Shown: piece after piece, positions 10,453 through 19,080 of the stretch | How the letters are laid out: each line of letters starts with the position of its first letter | Position numbering within the stretch: position 1 is the first letter of the stretch | Translations under genes and position numbers: made by a program | Assembly (NCBI GenBank): GCA_963665125.2 | Contig: CAXXUK010000001.1 | Span: 1,504,001-1,568,000 of the forward strand | Direction of reading: 5' to 3' | DNA length: 64,000 nucleotides | Origin: an uncultured Desulfarculus sp. | GTDB lineage: Bacteria > Desulfobacterota > Desulfarculia > Desulfarculales > Desulfarculaceae | The notes under the pieces: generated by a model | Databases searched by the model: none | Seen by the model: only the letters and a program-made list of their open reading frames with translations | What the model was told of the DNA's origin: nothing

Positions 10453-11706
10453 TCAGCGGGTCATCCCGGCCAACGCGCTGCCCAGGGCTTCGACCAAGGC
10501 GTCGATTTGATCCTTGGTGATGGTTAGTGGAGGTCGAATCAGGACCGTGGCCGCATCCACCCTGCCCGGCATGGCCAACACATTGTTTTGCAATGCGCTT
10601 CGGCAAAGCCCGTCCGCCTGTTCCGGGCTGGTGGTCCGCAACGACCAGAGCAGGCCCCGACCCCGGACCGATTCGACGATGTCCCCATGAGCCGAGGCCA
10701 GCCGCCGGAGGCCATCTCCCAACTGCCCTTCCCTTTCGGCCGCGTTTTGCCATGGCTTTTGGGCTTCATAGAGTTCCAGGGCCCGACAAGCCACCCGGCA
10801 TCCCACGTCATGGCCGCCAAAGGTGCAGAGATGGATCAGCGGGTGGGCGTCAAAGAAGCTCTTCACGCGCTTTGTGAAGACCATGGCCGTCATGGGAAAC
10901 ATGCCGCCGCTCAGTGCCTCGCCCAAAAGCGCGATATCCGGCTGGATACCCAGGCCCTCAAAGGCGAATTTCCGGCCAGTACGCCCGAATCCGGTTTGGG
11001 TTTCGTCCACGATGAGCAACGCGCCCACAGCGTCGCACAACTTTCGCAAATACTGGGCCGTGGCTTTGTTGATGGCCCGGCAGTGGTTTTCGGCCTGAAC
11101 CGGCTCGAAGATCACGGCGGCGGTTCTGCCGTTAACCTGTTGTTTGACCTTGTCCTGATCATCGAGGGCAACCGTCTTGGTGCCCGGCAGTTGCGGGGCG
11201 TGGGCGTATTGACCGCAGCCGTGGGACAGGCTGGCCGCGAAGCCGGTTTGGCCGTGCCAACCGCCCTCAACGGACACAAGCTCCGGCCTGCCGGTGAATC
11301 CCCGGGCCAGCTTGCAGGCCGCGTCAAAGGCCTCGCCTCGCACCACGGTAAACAGGCTGCATTCCAGGGTACCGGGCATGAATTGGGCCAGTTTATTGGC
11401 CAGGCGGGCCTTTTCGGCTGAAACCATGACAAAGTTGCCCTGGTCCAGCTCACGGGCGGCGTTTTTCAACTGCTCCTGCAAGTCCGGGTTGGCCCGGCCC
11501 AGATTAAACGCCCCGGCCGATGTATGGCAATCGAGGTATCTACGGCCGTCGGCGTCAAATACATATTGTTCCCCGGCCCTTGCCTCCATAAAACCGGCTT
11601 GGTCCAGAAAGCCGTCCCTGGCGGCCAGCCCTCCAAAGACCTTGCGGGCCAGGTCATGCAAACCTGCAGGCTCTGCTGTATTTATGGCACTGACTTTACT
11701 ACTCAT
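10453..11706 (-). CDS. Class III aminotransferase homologue lacking the catalytic lysine
   Basis: FEPVQAE and [11 protein letters not shown] are present, but PDIALLGEALSGG has Glu (codon 10918-10920) at the Schiff-base Lys position. Confidence 0.88.
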   Translation of the reverse strand: MSSKVSAINTAEPAGLHDLARKVFGGLAARDGFLDQAGFMEARAGEQYVFDADGRRYLDCHTSAGAFNLGRANPDLQEQLKNAARELDQGNFVMVSAEKARLANKLAQFMPGTLECSLFTVVRGEAFDAACKLARGFTGRPELVSVEGGWHGQTGFAASLSHGCGQYAHAPQLPGTKTVALDDQDKVKQQVNGRTAAVIFEPVQAENHCRAINKATAQYLRKLCDAVGALLIVDETQTGFGRTGRKFAFEGLGIQPDIALLGEALSGGMFPMTAMVFTKRVKSFFDAHPLIHLCTFGGHDVGCRVACRALELYEAQKPWQNAAEREGQLGDGLRRLASAHGDIVESVRGRGLLWSLRTTSPEQADGLCRSALQNNVLAMPGRVDAATVLIRPPLTITKDQIDALVEALGSALAGMTR

Positions 11707-11751
11707 TTTTCCCTCACTCTCGGGGTTGGCGACATATCAGCAAGACAAGGC

Positions 11752-13128
11752 CTAGCCCCGTTCGAACTTGCGCAGCCAATTGAAAAAGGCGATCTGCACC
11801 TTGATGTTGTCCAGGATGGACACGGCCTTGGGTATCTTGGTCAGCGGCAAGAGCAGCATCAGGTAGCGCCGCATCGTCTTCATGGCCAGTTTGATCTTGG
11901 CCAGTACAATATCCACCTCATGTTCGGTAATGGTTATGGGCATCATGAAACGCATTACCTGGGGGGCGTTTCCCGAATAGGCCGCGAATATGTTTTGTTT
12001 GGCCAGGCAGTCGGCCATGAGCGCGCCCATGAACTCGTATTTGTATTCGATGCCCACCATCAGCCCCCGGCCCCGGATCTCTTTGATAACGCCCGGCAGC
12101 TTATGGCTCAGTTCCTCCAGGCCCCGGCGGAATCGGGCTCCCATGGCCTCTGCGTTTTCCCAGAGCCTGTTCTCGCAGATGTAGTCGACTACCCGGCTGG
12201 AGACGATGCAGCCCAGCTCGGAAAAGCCGCTCGAGGTGGCGTGGAATTGCGGGTTTCGGTCGACAAAGTCGGACAGCGCTGGGATGTCGCGGTAGATCAC
12301 CGCCGCGTTGGGGAAAACGCCGCCGCCGATTGATTTGGCGACTACCATGATGTCGGGCACCACTCCGGAGTGTTCGGACGCCCAGAGTTTGCCCGTACGG
12401 CCGAATCCGGTCTGGATCTCGTCGAATATGAGCAATATGCCAAGTTCGTCGCAGACCTGCCGTAGGCCGTTCAGGTAGAAATCATCGGCAACGTGGATGC
12501 CGCCTTCGCCCTGTATGGGCTCCAGGATGATGGCAGCCGTATCCTTGGAAGCCAGCCGCCGGATATCGGCAATATCGCCGAACCGGGCGAAATCAACATC
12601 CGGGCTCAGCGGCAGGAACAGCTCCTTGTAATAGTCCTTGCCGTTTATGCTTAAGCTGTAGCCGGAATGACCGTGATAGGCCTTGAGCATGGAGATGATC
12701 CGGGGGCGGCCCGTGGCGCCCCAGGCGAGTTTCAGAGCCCCTTCGATGGCCTCGGCTCCGCTGCCTGCCGGCAAGACGCGGTTGAGATCCGCCGGGCAGA
12801 TATCGGCCAGCTTTGCGGCGAAGTTGACCTTTGCCGGACTCAACAGCCCTCCGCCCCCCAGATCGTGACCCTCGAGGCCGCCGGCCAATGCCGCGATGAC
12901 GGATTTATTGCCCCTGCCTACGTTGAAGCACCCGGCGGAGGTGAATCCGTCGACCACCCTGGAGCTGTCGCAGGCGTTGGTAAAACCGATTCCCATGGGC
13001 CGGGATTCGAGCATGTCCAGATGGGCGGCCCGCAAATAGCGCAACTGCCCTTCGGAGATGTGTTCGCCGAACTCGGCCAAAACCTTGGCCTTGTCTTCCA
13101 ATTGCTTTTTTGTCGCCGCTTGGGCCAT
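11752..13128 (-). CDS. Class III aminotransferase (ArgD/PatA-like)
   Basis: [46 protein letters not shown] with intact Lys. Confidence 0.92.
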   Translation of the reverse strand: MAQAATKKQLEDKAKVLAEFGEHISEGQLRYLRAAHLDMLESRPMGIGFTNACDSSRVVDGFTSAGCFNVGRGNKSVIAALAGGLEGHDLGGGGLLSPAKVNFAAKLADICPADLNRVLPAGSGAEAIEGALKLAWGATGRPRIISMLKAYHGHSGYSLSINGKDYYKELFLPLSPDVDFARFGDIADIRRLASKDTAAIILEPIQGEGGIHVADDFYLNGLRQVCDELGILLIFDEIQTGFGRTGKLWASEHSGVVPDIMVVAKSIGGGVFPNAAVIYRDIPALSDFVDRNPQFHATSSGFSELGCIVSSRVVDYICENRLWENAEAMGARFRRGLEELSHKLPGVIKEIRGRGLMVGIEYKYEFMGALMADCLAKQNIFAAYSGNAPQVMRFMMPITITEHEVDIVLAKIKLAMKTMRRYLMLLLPLTKIPKAVSILDNIKVQIAFFNWLRKFERG

Positions 13129-13152
13129 GGGCCACCCCTTTCTTGGTTGAAC

Positions 13153-13200
13153 CAGGAACCTTAATGTTAGTCAGTCAACTAACTAACATTAAGGTTCCTG
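13153..13200. promoter_or_regulatory. 48-bp near-perfect palindrome, probable TetR operator region
   Basis: CAGGAACCTTAATGTTAGT-cagtcaacta-ACTAACATTAAGGTTCCTG (19-bp perfect arms) between the divergent aminotransferase operon and tetR. Confidence 0.75.
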
Positions 13201-13323
13201 TTTTGTCAATACCCGGTTATACTTTCCCGGAGGGCGGAATATGGCCCCGGCGGTCAAACATCTATTGGCGCTTGACTGGTTGTTGGTATTGTGGTTGGTA
13301 AGCATTTGAGAGGTTTTAAGGCT

Positions 13324-13929
13324 ATGTCGCGCAAAAGCATGCAAGATCAAAGGAGAGAAGAGATATTCAAGGCCCTGGATGTGTGCCTCCAGGAAAAGTC
13401 CTTTGACAAAACATCAATCAAGGACATCGCCCAGCAGGCCGGCATTAACCATGGCATGCTGCACTATTATTTTCGCAGCAAGGACGACATTCTCATCAGC
13501 TACATTGACTATGTTGTTTCCAACTATCTGCAATGGCTGGAGTTCTGGGAGCAGGACCACAAGAATGCGCCCATGGAGCCCCAAGAGCTTTTCATGGCCT
13601 TCCTTGAAATGTGCATGCAGGAGATAACCCTTGACCGACCGCTGTCGCGCATCTTCGTGGAGATCGCCGAAATAGCCCTGTACAAGCCCCAGGTGCGTCA
13701 AAAGTTAAATTCGGCCTATCGGCTGTGGGTGGAAGTCATGGCCAAGGAGCTGACCAATATGGGCCTGGAAGCCGAGGCCGCCGTCAGGGTCGGCTATCAG
13801 ATCGTCAGTCAATTGGAAGGGCTGGCCATGCTCTCGGTCGTCTCAGACCTGGACAACGGCCAGCTTGAATTAATCCTCTCCGGCATTCTCAGGCAATATC
13901 GCCAGCTCATCACCCTGAACTGCATATAG
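13324..13929 (+). CDS. TetR/AcrR family transcriptional regulator
   Basis: TSIKDIAQQAGINHGMLHYYFRSKDDI HTH; start at ATG 13324 after GAGG. Confidence 0.92.
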   Translation: MSRKSMQDQRREEIFKALDVCLQEKSFDKTSIKDIAQQAGINHGMLHYYFRSKDDILISYIDYVVSNYLQWLEFWEQDHKNAPMEPQELFMAFLEMCMQEITLDRPLSRIFVEIAEIALYKPQVRQKLNSAYRLWVEVMAKELTNMGLEAEAAVRVGYQIVSQLEGLAMLSVVSDLDNGQLELILSGILRQYRQLITLNCI

Positions 13930-13961
13930 GGCGGCCCGGCAAAGACCCGGCGCAATTAAAA

Positions 13962-15266
13962 TTACATAATTACCGTGGCGGCCTCGGGCTTGATGAAGTT
14001 TTGCCGCAGGCTGTAGGTATAGGCGCCCTGATCCGGGATGAGCAGCAGATCGCCCTCTTCCATGCCCGCGCCAAAATACGACGTCCCCCAGACATCGTGG
14101 GGCGTGCAAAGGGAACCGCAGACAAGGCATTGTTGTTCGTCGGTTGACGGCCTGGACAGGTTGATCACCGGCGCGAAGTCATTTTCATAACGCTCCCATC
14201 CGGCCATGTGGATGCCGCCGTCGGTGATAACCATATCCGGGGCCTTTTTATCCAACACCCGCACCAAAAAGTGCATCGCTGCGTGACACAGCCAGCGTCC
14301 TGGCTCGGCATATATCGTCAGGTTGTCGAAAACCGGAATATGCCGTTTCAAAGCCTGGGAGATGTCCCGGGCAAAGGTTTCAAGCGGCGCGGCGGCCGCC
14401 CGGTGTCTCGTATTTTCCCCGGCATCCAGGGCCAGGGCCTTGTGCACCAGGCCCAACTCAGTGGTGTCGCCCCGCGACCATTCGCCGTCTTCCGGCCAAT
14501 AGCCGCCGCCGATATCCAAGAAACGCAGACGATCGCCAAACACGGCGCTGTTGTCCCTGAACCATTCTCCCAGCCGGGCAATAAAAGCAACTTGGGCGTC
14601 CGGGCCCAGATTCCAACTCGTATGGAATTGCAGGCCGCACAGGTCAACCCAAGCGCAGGATTGGGCTTTTTCCACAAAATCATTCAACCGGGCCAGGGGT
14701 ATGCCGAATTTACGCCATACGCCGTGTTCCAGCGTGGTCAGGCGCACGCCGGCCATGATCTTTGTCCGCCTCTTGCTGGCCCCTCGCTCCAGCCTGTCCA
14801 GTTCGCCAAAGCTGTCCATGAGCACGGCAACGCGGTCCGCGTTGGCCAGGGCCAGATCCAGTTCGGCCTCTGTCTTTCCCAGGCCGCTGAAAATGATTTT
14901 CCGGCAGCCGAGGTCCAAGGCCGTTTGCAGTTCGACGCCGCTGGACACATCCAAGCCCGCGCCCATTTCCACCAGTTTTCCGGCGATGGCCGGGTGGCTG
15001 TTGCTCTTCAAGGCGTAAAACGCCTGGAACCGGGACAGACGAGACTCGAACACATCGCTAAAGCGGTGATATTTACCGGCAAGGCTTTGATGGTCCACCA
15101 CGTACAACGGAGTGCTACCCTGGCCCGCCGCCTTTTCAAAGTCGGTCGCCCGGTCCAGAAATCTTTGGATATAACCTTCCAGCGTCCTTGGCTCCAAAAC
15201 AGGCGGTTGTTTTTGGGCCAGAGCCAGGTAGCGGGCGTATAGTTCTTCCGGGGTCAGAAGTTCCAT
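13962..15266 (-). CDS. Fold-type III PLP decarboxylase (LysA/Orn-DAP-Arg family), atypical
   Basis: FYALKSN (PLP Lys), DVSSGVE, KFGI, LDIGGG, EPGR, CGSLCTPHD, DQGAY. The usual HxGSQ is replaced by HTSWN. Confidence 0.85.
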   Translation of the reverse strand: MELLTPEELYARYLALAQKQPPVLEPRTLEGYIQRFLDRATDFEKAAGQGSTPLYVVDHQSLAGKYHRFSDVFESRLSRFQAFYALKSNSHPAIAGKLVEMGAGLDVSSGVELQTALDLGCRKIIFSGLGKTEAELDLALANADRVAVLMDSFGELDRLERGASKRRTKIMAGVRLTTLEHGVWRKFGIPLARLNDFVEKAQSCAWVDLCGLQFHTSWNLGPDAQVAFIARLGEWFRDNSAVFGDRLRFLDIGGGYWPEDGEWSRGDTTELGLVHKALALDAGENTRHRAAAAPLETFARDISQALKRHIPVFDNLTIYAEPGRWLCHAAMHFLVRVLDKKAPDMVITDGGIHMAGWERYENDFAPVINLSRPSTDEQQCLVCGSLCTPHDVWGTSYFGAGMEEGDLLLIPDQGAYTYSLRQNFIKPEAATVIM

Positions 15267-16483
15267 GGAGAAATTTCCAGATCTATCAAATCATCGAGCT
15301 CACGGCACTCCGACTCGATCATATCCGAGTTGTCGGATCCGAATATCACATGACCCAACACGACCGAATCATAGTCCTCGGGCGGCATGACCACATGGTG
15401 TCCGGGGTTGACCAGCAAATAGACGCTATGCACCCTCGGGTCACGGCCAAGGCGCTGCACATCCAGTTTTTCGATAACCCCTTCGCGATTGGCCAAAAGC
15501 CTGTAGCCGACCATGGGCGGCCATGGCGGCTCATACTCGGCAAAGCTCCTGCCACCCAGGGCGACCTCAAGGCTCAAGTCAAACATGTCCGGACCGCCGG
15601 CGGCCTTAATCAGCCAGGGCAGGCAGTCCCCGCCGGGCCGTGGCGTTATCTCCAAAATCCAAGGCCTGCCGCCGCGCCAGATAAAATCGCACATGCACAA
15701 GCCGAAGCCAATGCCCAGGGCCTCCGCCGCAAGGGTCAAATCATTTTGCAAGACATCGGGGTCTATACCCAATTGCCATCCGGCGCCCAAGACATAGATC
15801 CGCTTGCCCGCGAAGCGCTCGCCGGGCAGGGCCAATTTTTTTGTAATTCTGATGATCCGGACCCGGCCGCCATCAACCAGGAAATCGCAACTCAGTTCGG
15901 GGCCTTCAACAAACTGTTCCACAGCCAGGCTGCCCCTGGCCGGATCGCTATAGCTGTAAATAAAAACATCACGGATGTGGTCGGGCGTCTGGCAGAGAAA
16001 AACCCCTTCCCCGCCGGTGCCGTCCACGGGTTTGAGCACCACAGGCCAGCCATGTTCATCGCCGAACTCCGCCGCCGTGGCCGGTTCGTCGGTCTTGATG
16101 CACTTGGGGACGCACACTCCGCGTTCTTGCAGGACGTGGTTTTGGGCTGTTTTGTCGCGGCATAGGGCCACGGTCCGCCGCGACGCAAAAGCCAGCCCCA
16201 GGCTCTCGGCCAGAAATGCGGCCAGTTCCAGGGAGCCGCAGTCAAAGGCGACAAGTCCGTCATAGTGCTGGCCGTAGCGCATGCCATGGGACTGGACGGC
16301 CTGCAATACGGCCGCATGGTCGGACGTGTCGCAAAGCAGTTCCACGTCCGGCCCGAGGGCGAGTTCGGGCGCCATTCGTCTCTGGTGAGCGTTGGTTATG
16401 AACACCAGGCGATCTGGCGCCTTTTGCCTAAGGATTTCGATATAATCCCAAGTGGTGGCAACCACAAGTATTTTTTCGGACAT
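15254..16483 (-). CDS. ATP-grasp domain ligase (L-amino acid ligase-like)
   Basis: CRDK, PVVLKPVDGTGGEGV, VEQFVEGPELS, ILEITPRPGGD. Start ATG 16483 directly follows the GNAT stop. Confidence 0.88.
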   Translation of the reverse strand: MSEKILVVATTWDYIEILRQKAPDRLVFITNAHQRRMAPELALGPDVELLCDTSDHAAVLQAVQSHGMRYGQHYDGLVAFDCGSLELAAFLAESLGLAFASRRTVALCRDKTAQNHVLQERGVCVPKCIKTDEPATAAEFGDEHGWPVVLKPVDGTGGEGVFLCQTPDHIRDVFIYSYSDPARGSLAVEQFVEGPELSCDFLVDGGRVRIIRITKKLALPGERFAGKRIYVLGAGWQLGIDPDVLQNDLTLAAEALGIGFGLCMCDFIWRGGRPWILEITPRPGGDCLPWLIKAAGGPDMFDLSLEVALGGRSFAEYEPPWPPMVGYRLLANREGVIEKLDVQRLGRDPRVHSVYLLVNPGHHVVMPPEDYDSVVLGHVIFGSDNSDMIESECRELDDLIDLEISPWNF

Positions 16484-16484
16484 T

Positions 16485-17423
16485 CTAGGCCGTCGCAACC
16501 GATAGCAAACGCTGTGCGGGTTGGGCGTTGATGCGGTACAGGGGGCGCGGGCCGAGATGCAATTTGCTCTTCCAGCCGAAATCACCGCACAGAAAGTCGA
16601 CTTCTTGCATCTTTTGCTCACAGGCAAAGGCCAAATGATGCAGGTTGATCAGCTTGGCCACGCCGGGAAACTCGCGGTTGACCCCACCGGCCAATACAGT
16701 ATATATGCCGTTGTGGATCGCCCCGAAATCGACAGCGGCGATCTTGTCTTCGACCAGCACCGCAACAAGCCTCATCAAACCGTTTTGGTTAAGCCACTGG
16801 GCCAGCCGCTTGAATCCGGCTCGAAAGCGCCTGTCCCTGAAATACGATTTCTCTTCGAACACGGCCAGATTCATGGAGATCATTTCCCTGAAATCCGGCA
16901 GGTGATTGACGCGCAATTTATAACCGCGGGTCTCGAACTCCTGAACCGTTTTTTTATACTGAGAACGCCTCTTGGCCGGCAGTTCGGCCAAATGGGATTC
17001 AAGGCTGTATTGGCAATCCGCGGGATGAAACAAATAGCCTATTTCATCTGCTTCCAGCCCGTCACCAAAACCGCCATCGTCGTCGAGATAACGGATACTG
17101 AAAGGCGCCGGCACCGCCTCAAGCATCTTGTAAAGGACATCGGAATTGGCTGCAATGATTCTGTTTTGTTCCAGCCAAGTCAATCCCTGCCAGGTCTCTC
17201 CGGGGAAATAGGCATAAGCGCCGCATTCGTCAACAAAGCTCAGGGGCAGAAGACCATCCGCCACGCCTTTGGTTTCATGGATTACAAACAGCATCTGCCG
17301 TTTGAATTGCTCATGAAAGGACGCTCTCACCGCCCACAAGTCGGTGAGAGTTTCCCGCGGCATCAGTGCCTGCCAGATACTGCGGCACTCATCGAGCTTT
17401 GTTATGTAGCGAACGCCGGACAC
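16485..17423 (-). CDS. GNAT-family N-acyltransferase (double-GNAT, CelD/BcsL/FemAB-like)
   Basis: IAAVDFG, PGVAKLINL, ACEQKMQEVDFLCGDFGWKSKLHL C-terminal motif; translationally coupled to both neighbours. Confidence 0.78.
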   Translation of the reverse strand: MSGVRYITKLDECRSIWQALMPRETLTDLWAVRASFHEQFKRQMLFVIHETKGVADGLLPLSFVDECGAYAYFPGETWQGLTWLEQNRIIAANSDVLYKMLEAVPAPFSIRYLDDDGGFGDGLEADEIGYLFHPADCQYSLESHLAELPAKRRSQYKKTVQEFETRGYKLRVNHLPDFREMISMNLAVFEEKSYFRDRRFRAGFKRLAQWLNQNGLMRLVAVLVEDKIAAVDFGAIHNGIYTVLAGGVNREFPGVAKLINLHHLAFACEQKMQEVDFLCGDFGWKSKLHLGPRPLYRINAQPAQRLLSVATA

Positions 17424-17424
17424 C

Positions 17425-17814
17425 CTAACGCCTCAAGTTGACCTGGAGGACCACATCGGAGCCCTCGAAGAAATCTTGGGCAAACCGCGCCACCACATCC
17501 GGATCATAGGCCTTGCAGCTGAACACGTCCAAATAGGTGGTGTTGGTCTGGTTGGCGAAATGGGCGCTGATCAGCGACGTTTCGATAAGCTGGGTCATCG
17601 AAAAACCGGCGACCTTTTCGTCTTCACCGAAGTGAACGACAACAGTTTCGCCAAAGCGCTTCATTTCAATGAGGTCACACAGTTCTACAACGAATCTGCG
17701 GATTTCGCGCTCGTCGCGAATCGTATCCGGGTTGCAGTCGTAAATATCAATGGAACTGGCGATACCCCACACCTCTTCGACCGGGGCGATGCTTATTGCG
17801 GTGTTTTGTTTCAT
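17425..17814 (-). CDS. Pyruvoyl-dependent S-adenosylmethionine decarboxylase-family proenzyme
   Basis: IDIYDC...GFSMTQLIETSLISAHF...YLDVFSCK, the SpeD/SpeH class 1B fold with an ETS variant of the ES(H) serinolysis site. Start ATG 17814. Confidence 0.85.
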   Translation of the reverse strand: MKQNTAISIAPVEEVWGIASSIDIYDCNPDTIRDEREIRRFVVELCDLIEMKRFGETVVVHFGEDEKVAGFSMTQLIETSLISAHFANQTNTTYLDVFSCKAYDPDVVARFAQDFFEGSDVVLQVNLRR

Positions 17815-17863
17815 CTCGTTAAACTCCGTCCAGCCGGGCGTGATTTCGGCCCGGTCAACCCAA

Positions 17864-18088
17864 CTAGTAGTCGTCTTGCTCCCGGCGGCGCTTTTTCTTT
17901 TGCCGCGGGCTCCACGAATCATCTTCATTGATCCGGTTTCGATGCTTCCTGCATTCGGGACACCGCAAGGGTGGATCAAACCCTCTTTTCGAATAATTAA
18001 CCTGCTCAGTCGCTGAAAAAATGAAATGGCCTCCGCACTGTTGGCACACCAGCCACATGTCAGCAGATTGATCTTTAGCGCCGGACAC
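17864..18088 (-). CDS. Zinc-ribbon protein (CxxC...CxxC) with basic tail
   Basis: GTG after GGAGG; LVCQQCGGHFIFSATEQ..Y..RGF.PP.RCPECR; C-terminal RQKKKRRR. Confidence 0.8.
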   Translation of the reverse strand: MSGAKDQSADMWLVCQQCGGHFIFSATEQVNYSKRGFDPPLRCPECRKHRNRINEDDSWSPRQKKKRRREQDDY

Positions 18089-18116
18089 AACCGCCTCCTG
18101 GTTCCGCCATTCCAAA

Positions 18117-18407
18117 TCAGTAGTCCATGTATTCAGATTCGCGCCATTCATCATCAGGCTCAATTTCCAAGCGTTGATAAGACTCCACCTTGATCGTGGG
18201 ACGATCACCGGAATCATCGATCTCGCCCTTAACCAAAACACGCTCGTAAACCAATTCCCGCAAAGCCTTGGCTTTGTTATCCTCAAAAAGTAGATAATCC
18301 TCGCCATTGTTACCCATGAGAATCAGGCTGGGCGATCCGTCTTTGGAGTGCCAGCCCTTGTAGGGTGAAACCATGCCGGCCAGAACTACTTTTTCAGAGG
18401 AAGACAT
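18117..18407 (-). CDS. Small hypothetical protein (OB-fold-like pattern, acidic tail)
   Basis: AGGAGAGG RBS; GEDY...LRELVYERVLVKGEI...IKVESY. Confidence 0.7.
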   Translation of the reverse strand: MSSSEKVVLAGMVSPYKGWHSKDGSPSLILMGNNGEDYLLFEDNKAKALRELVYERVLVKGEIDDSGDRPTIKVESYQRLEIEPDDEWRESEYMDY

Positions 18408-18443
18408 CGCATCCTCTCCTTATGTAAATGCCATCAATTTGGG

Positions 18444-18476
18444 AGCGCCCCCCCGCGTTGCGTGCGGGGGGGCGCT
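18444..18476. terminator. Strong GC stem-loop inside the sigma54 transcript region
   Basis: AGCGCCCCCCCGC-N7-GCGGGGGGGCGCT; the T-run follows only on the + strand. Confidence 0.5.
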
Positions 18477-18541
18477 GCCTTTTCATTGCCGGCTTTTAGG
18501 TCCGAGGCACCAGACCTACTAGCATCCCCATGGGGAGAGCC

Positions 18542-18778
18542 TTATTCGCCGGTTTTTTCCTGAGCTTTTTCGTCGGTGTTTTCCTGCTCAGACGATTGGT
18601 CACCCTGCTGGGCCTGCTCGTCGGATCCGGATTGAGCCTGACCGTTATCCACGGTCTGCTCCTGCTGGGTATTGGCTTCCTGGTCATCAGCCGCGGAAAC
18701 CGTACCAACCGCCATGGACAGCACGAAGGCGGCGATCAAAGCCGTTAGGGCAATGGATTTGCCCAACCACTTTTTCAT
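18542..18778 (-). CDS. Small secreted acidic Gln/Glu/Asp-rich peptide
   Basis: GGAG RBS; Sec signal MKKWLGK...VSA followed by ~49 aa low-complexity ADDQEANTQQEQ...EKTGE. Confidence 0.8.
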   Translation of the reverse strand: MKKWLGKSIALTALIAAFVLSMAVGTVSAADDQEANTQQEQTVDNGQAQSGSDEQAQQGDQSSEQENTDEKAQEKTGE

Positions 18779-18861
18779 ACTAACTCCAACAAATCGTTAA
18801 TAGTTATGCCCGAAGCCCCGGCCCCGGGCTGCGTCTGCAATCAGCAACGCGCGCACCTATA

Positions 18862-18878
18862 ATTCAAACTGCGTGCCA
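18862..18878 (-). promoter_or_regulatory. Sigma54-type promoter (TGGCACG-CAGT-TTGAA)
   Basis: Perfect -24 TGGCACG with correct spacing, -12 GA variant; IHF-like TATCATATTGTTA just upstream. Confidence 0.65.
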
Positions 18879-18932
18879 ATAGGTATCATATTGTTATCAT
18901 TAATTATTTAAAAGACAGCGTATACGGGCACC

Positions 18933-19080
18933 AGAACAAAGAATTCCGATTTGACACCGGGTAGGGTTTAAGGCGTGGACTTGGCCGTATGGACAACCAT
19001 AACACATTGAAGATAAACGGAATTCGGCTTTCGGAACTCGCTATTCCGAATTACTTGACAATAAGAACTGGCGATTCCGA
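18933..19080. promoter_or_regulatory. Three candidate activator binding sites RGAAC-N5-ATTCCGA
   Basis: AGAACAAAGAATTCCGA (18933-18949), TCGGAACTCGCTATTCCGA (19031-19049, palindromic arms), AGAACTGGCGATTCCGA (19064-19080). Confidence 0.65.

Noticed and set aside
13962..15266. Calling this gene lysA (and 17425-17814 speD)
   Set aside because: Motif deviations and operon context make substrate assignment unsafe, so symbols were withheld.
18542..18778. Graspetide RiPP precursor for the nearby ATP-grasp enzyme
   Set aside because: It has a Sec signal rather than a RiPP leader and no repeated core motif, and the ligase looks like the small-molecule amino-acid-ligase type; kept only as a co-regulated peptide.
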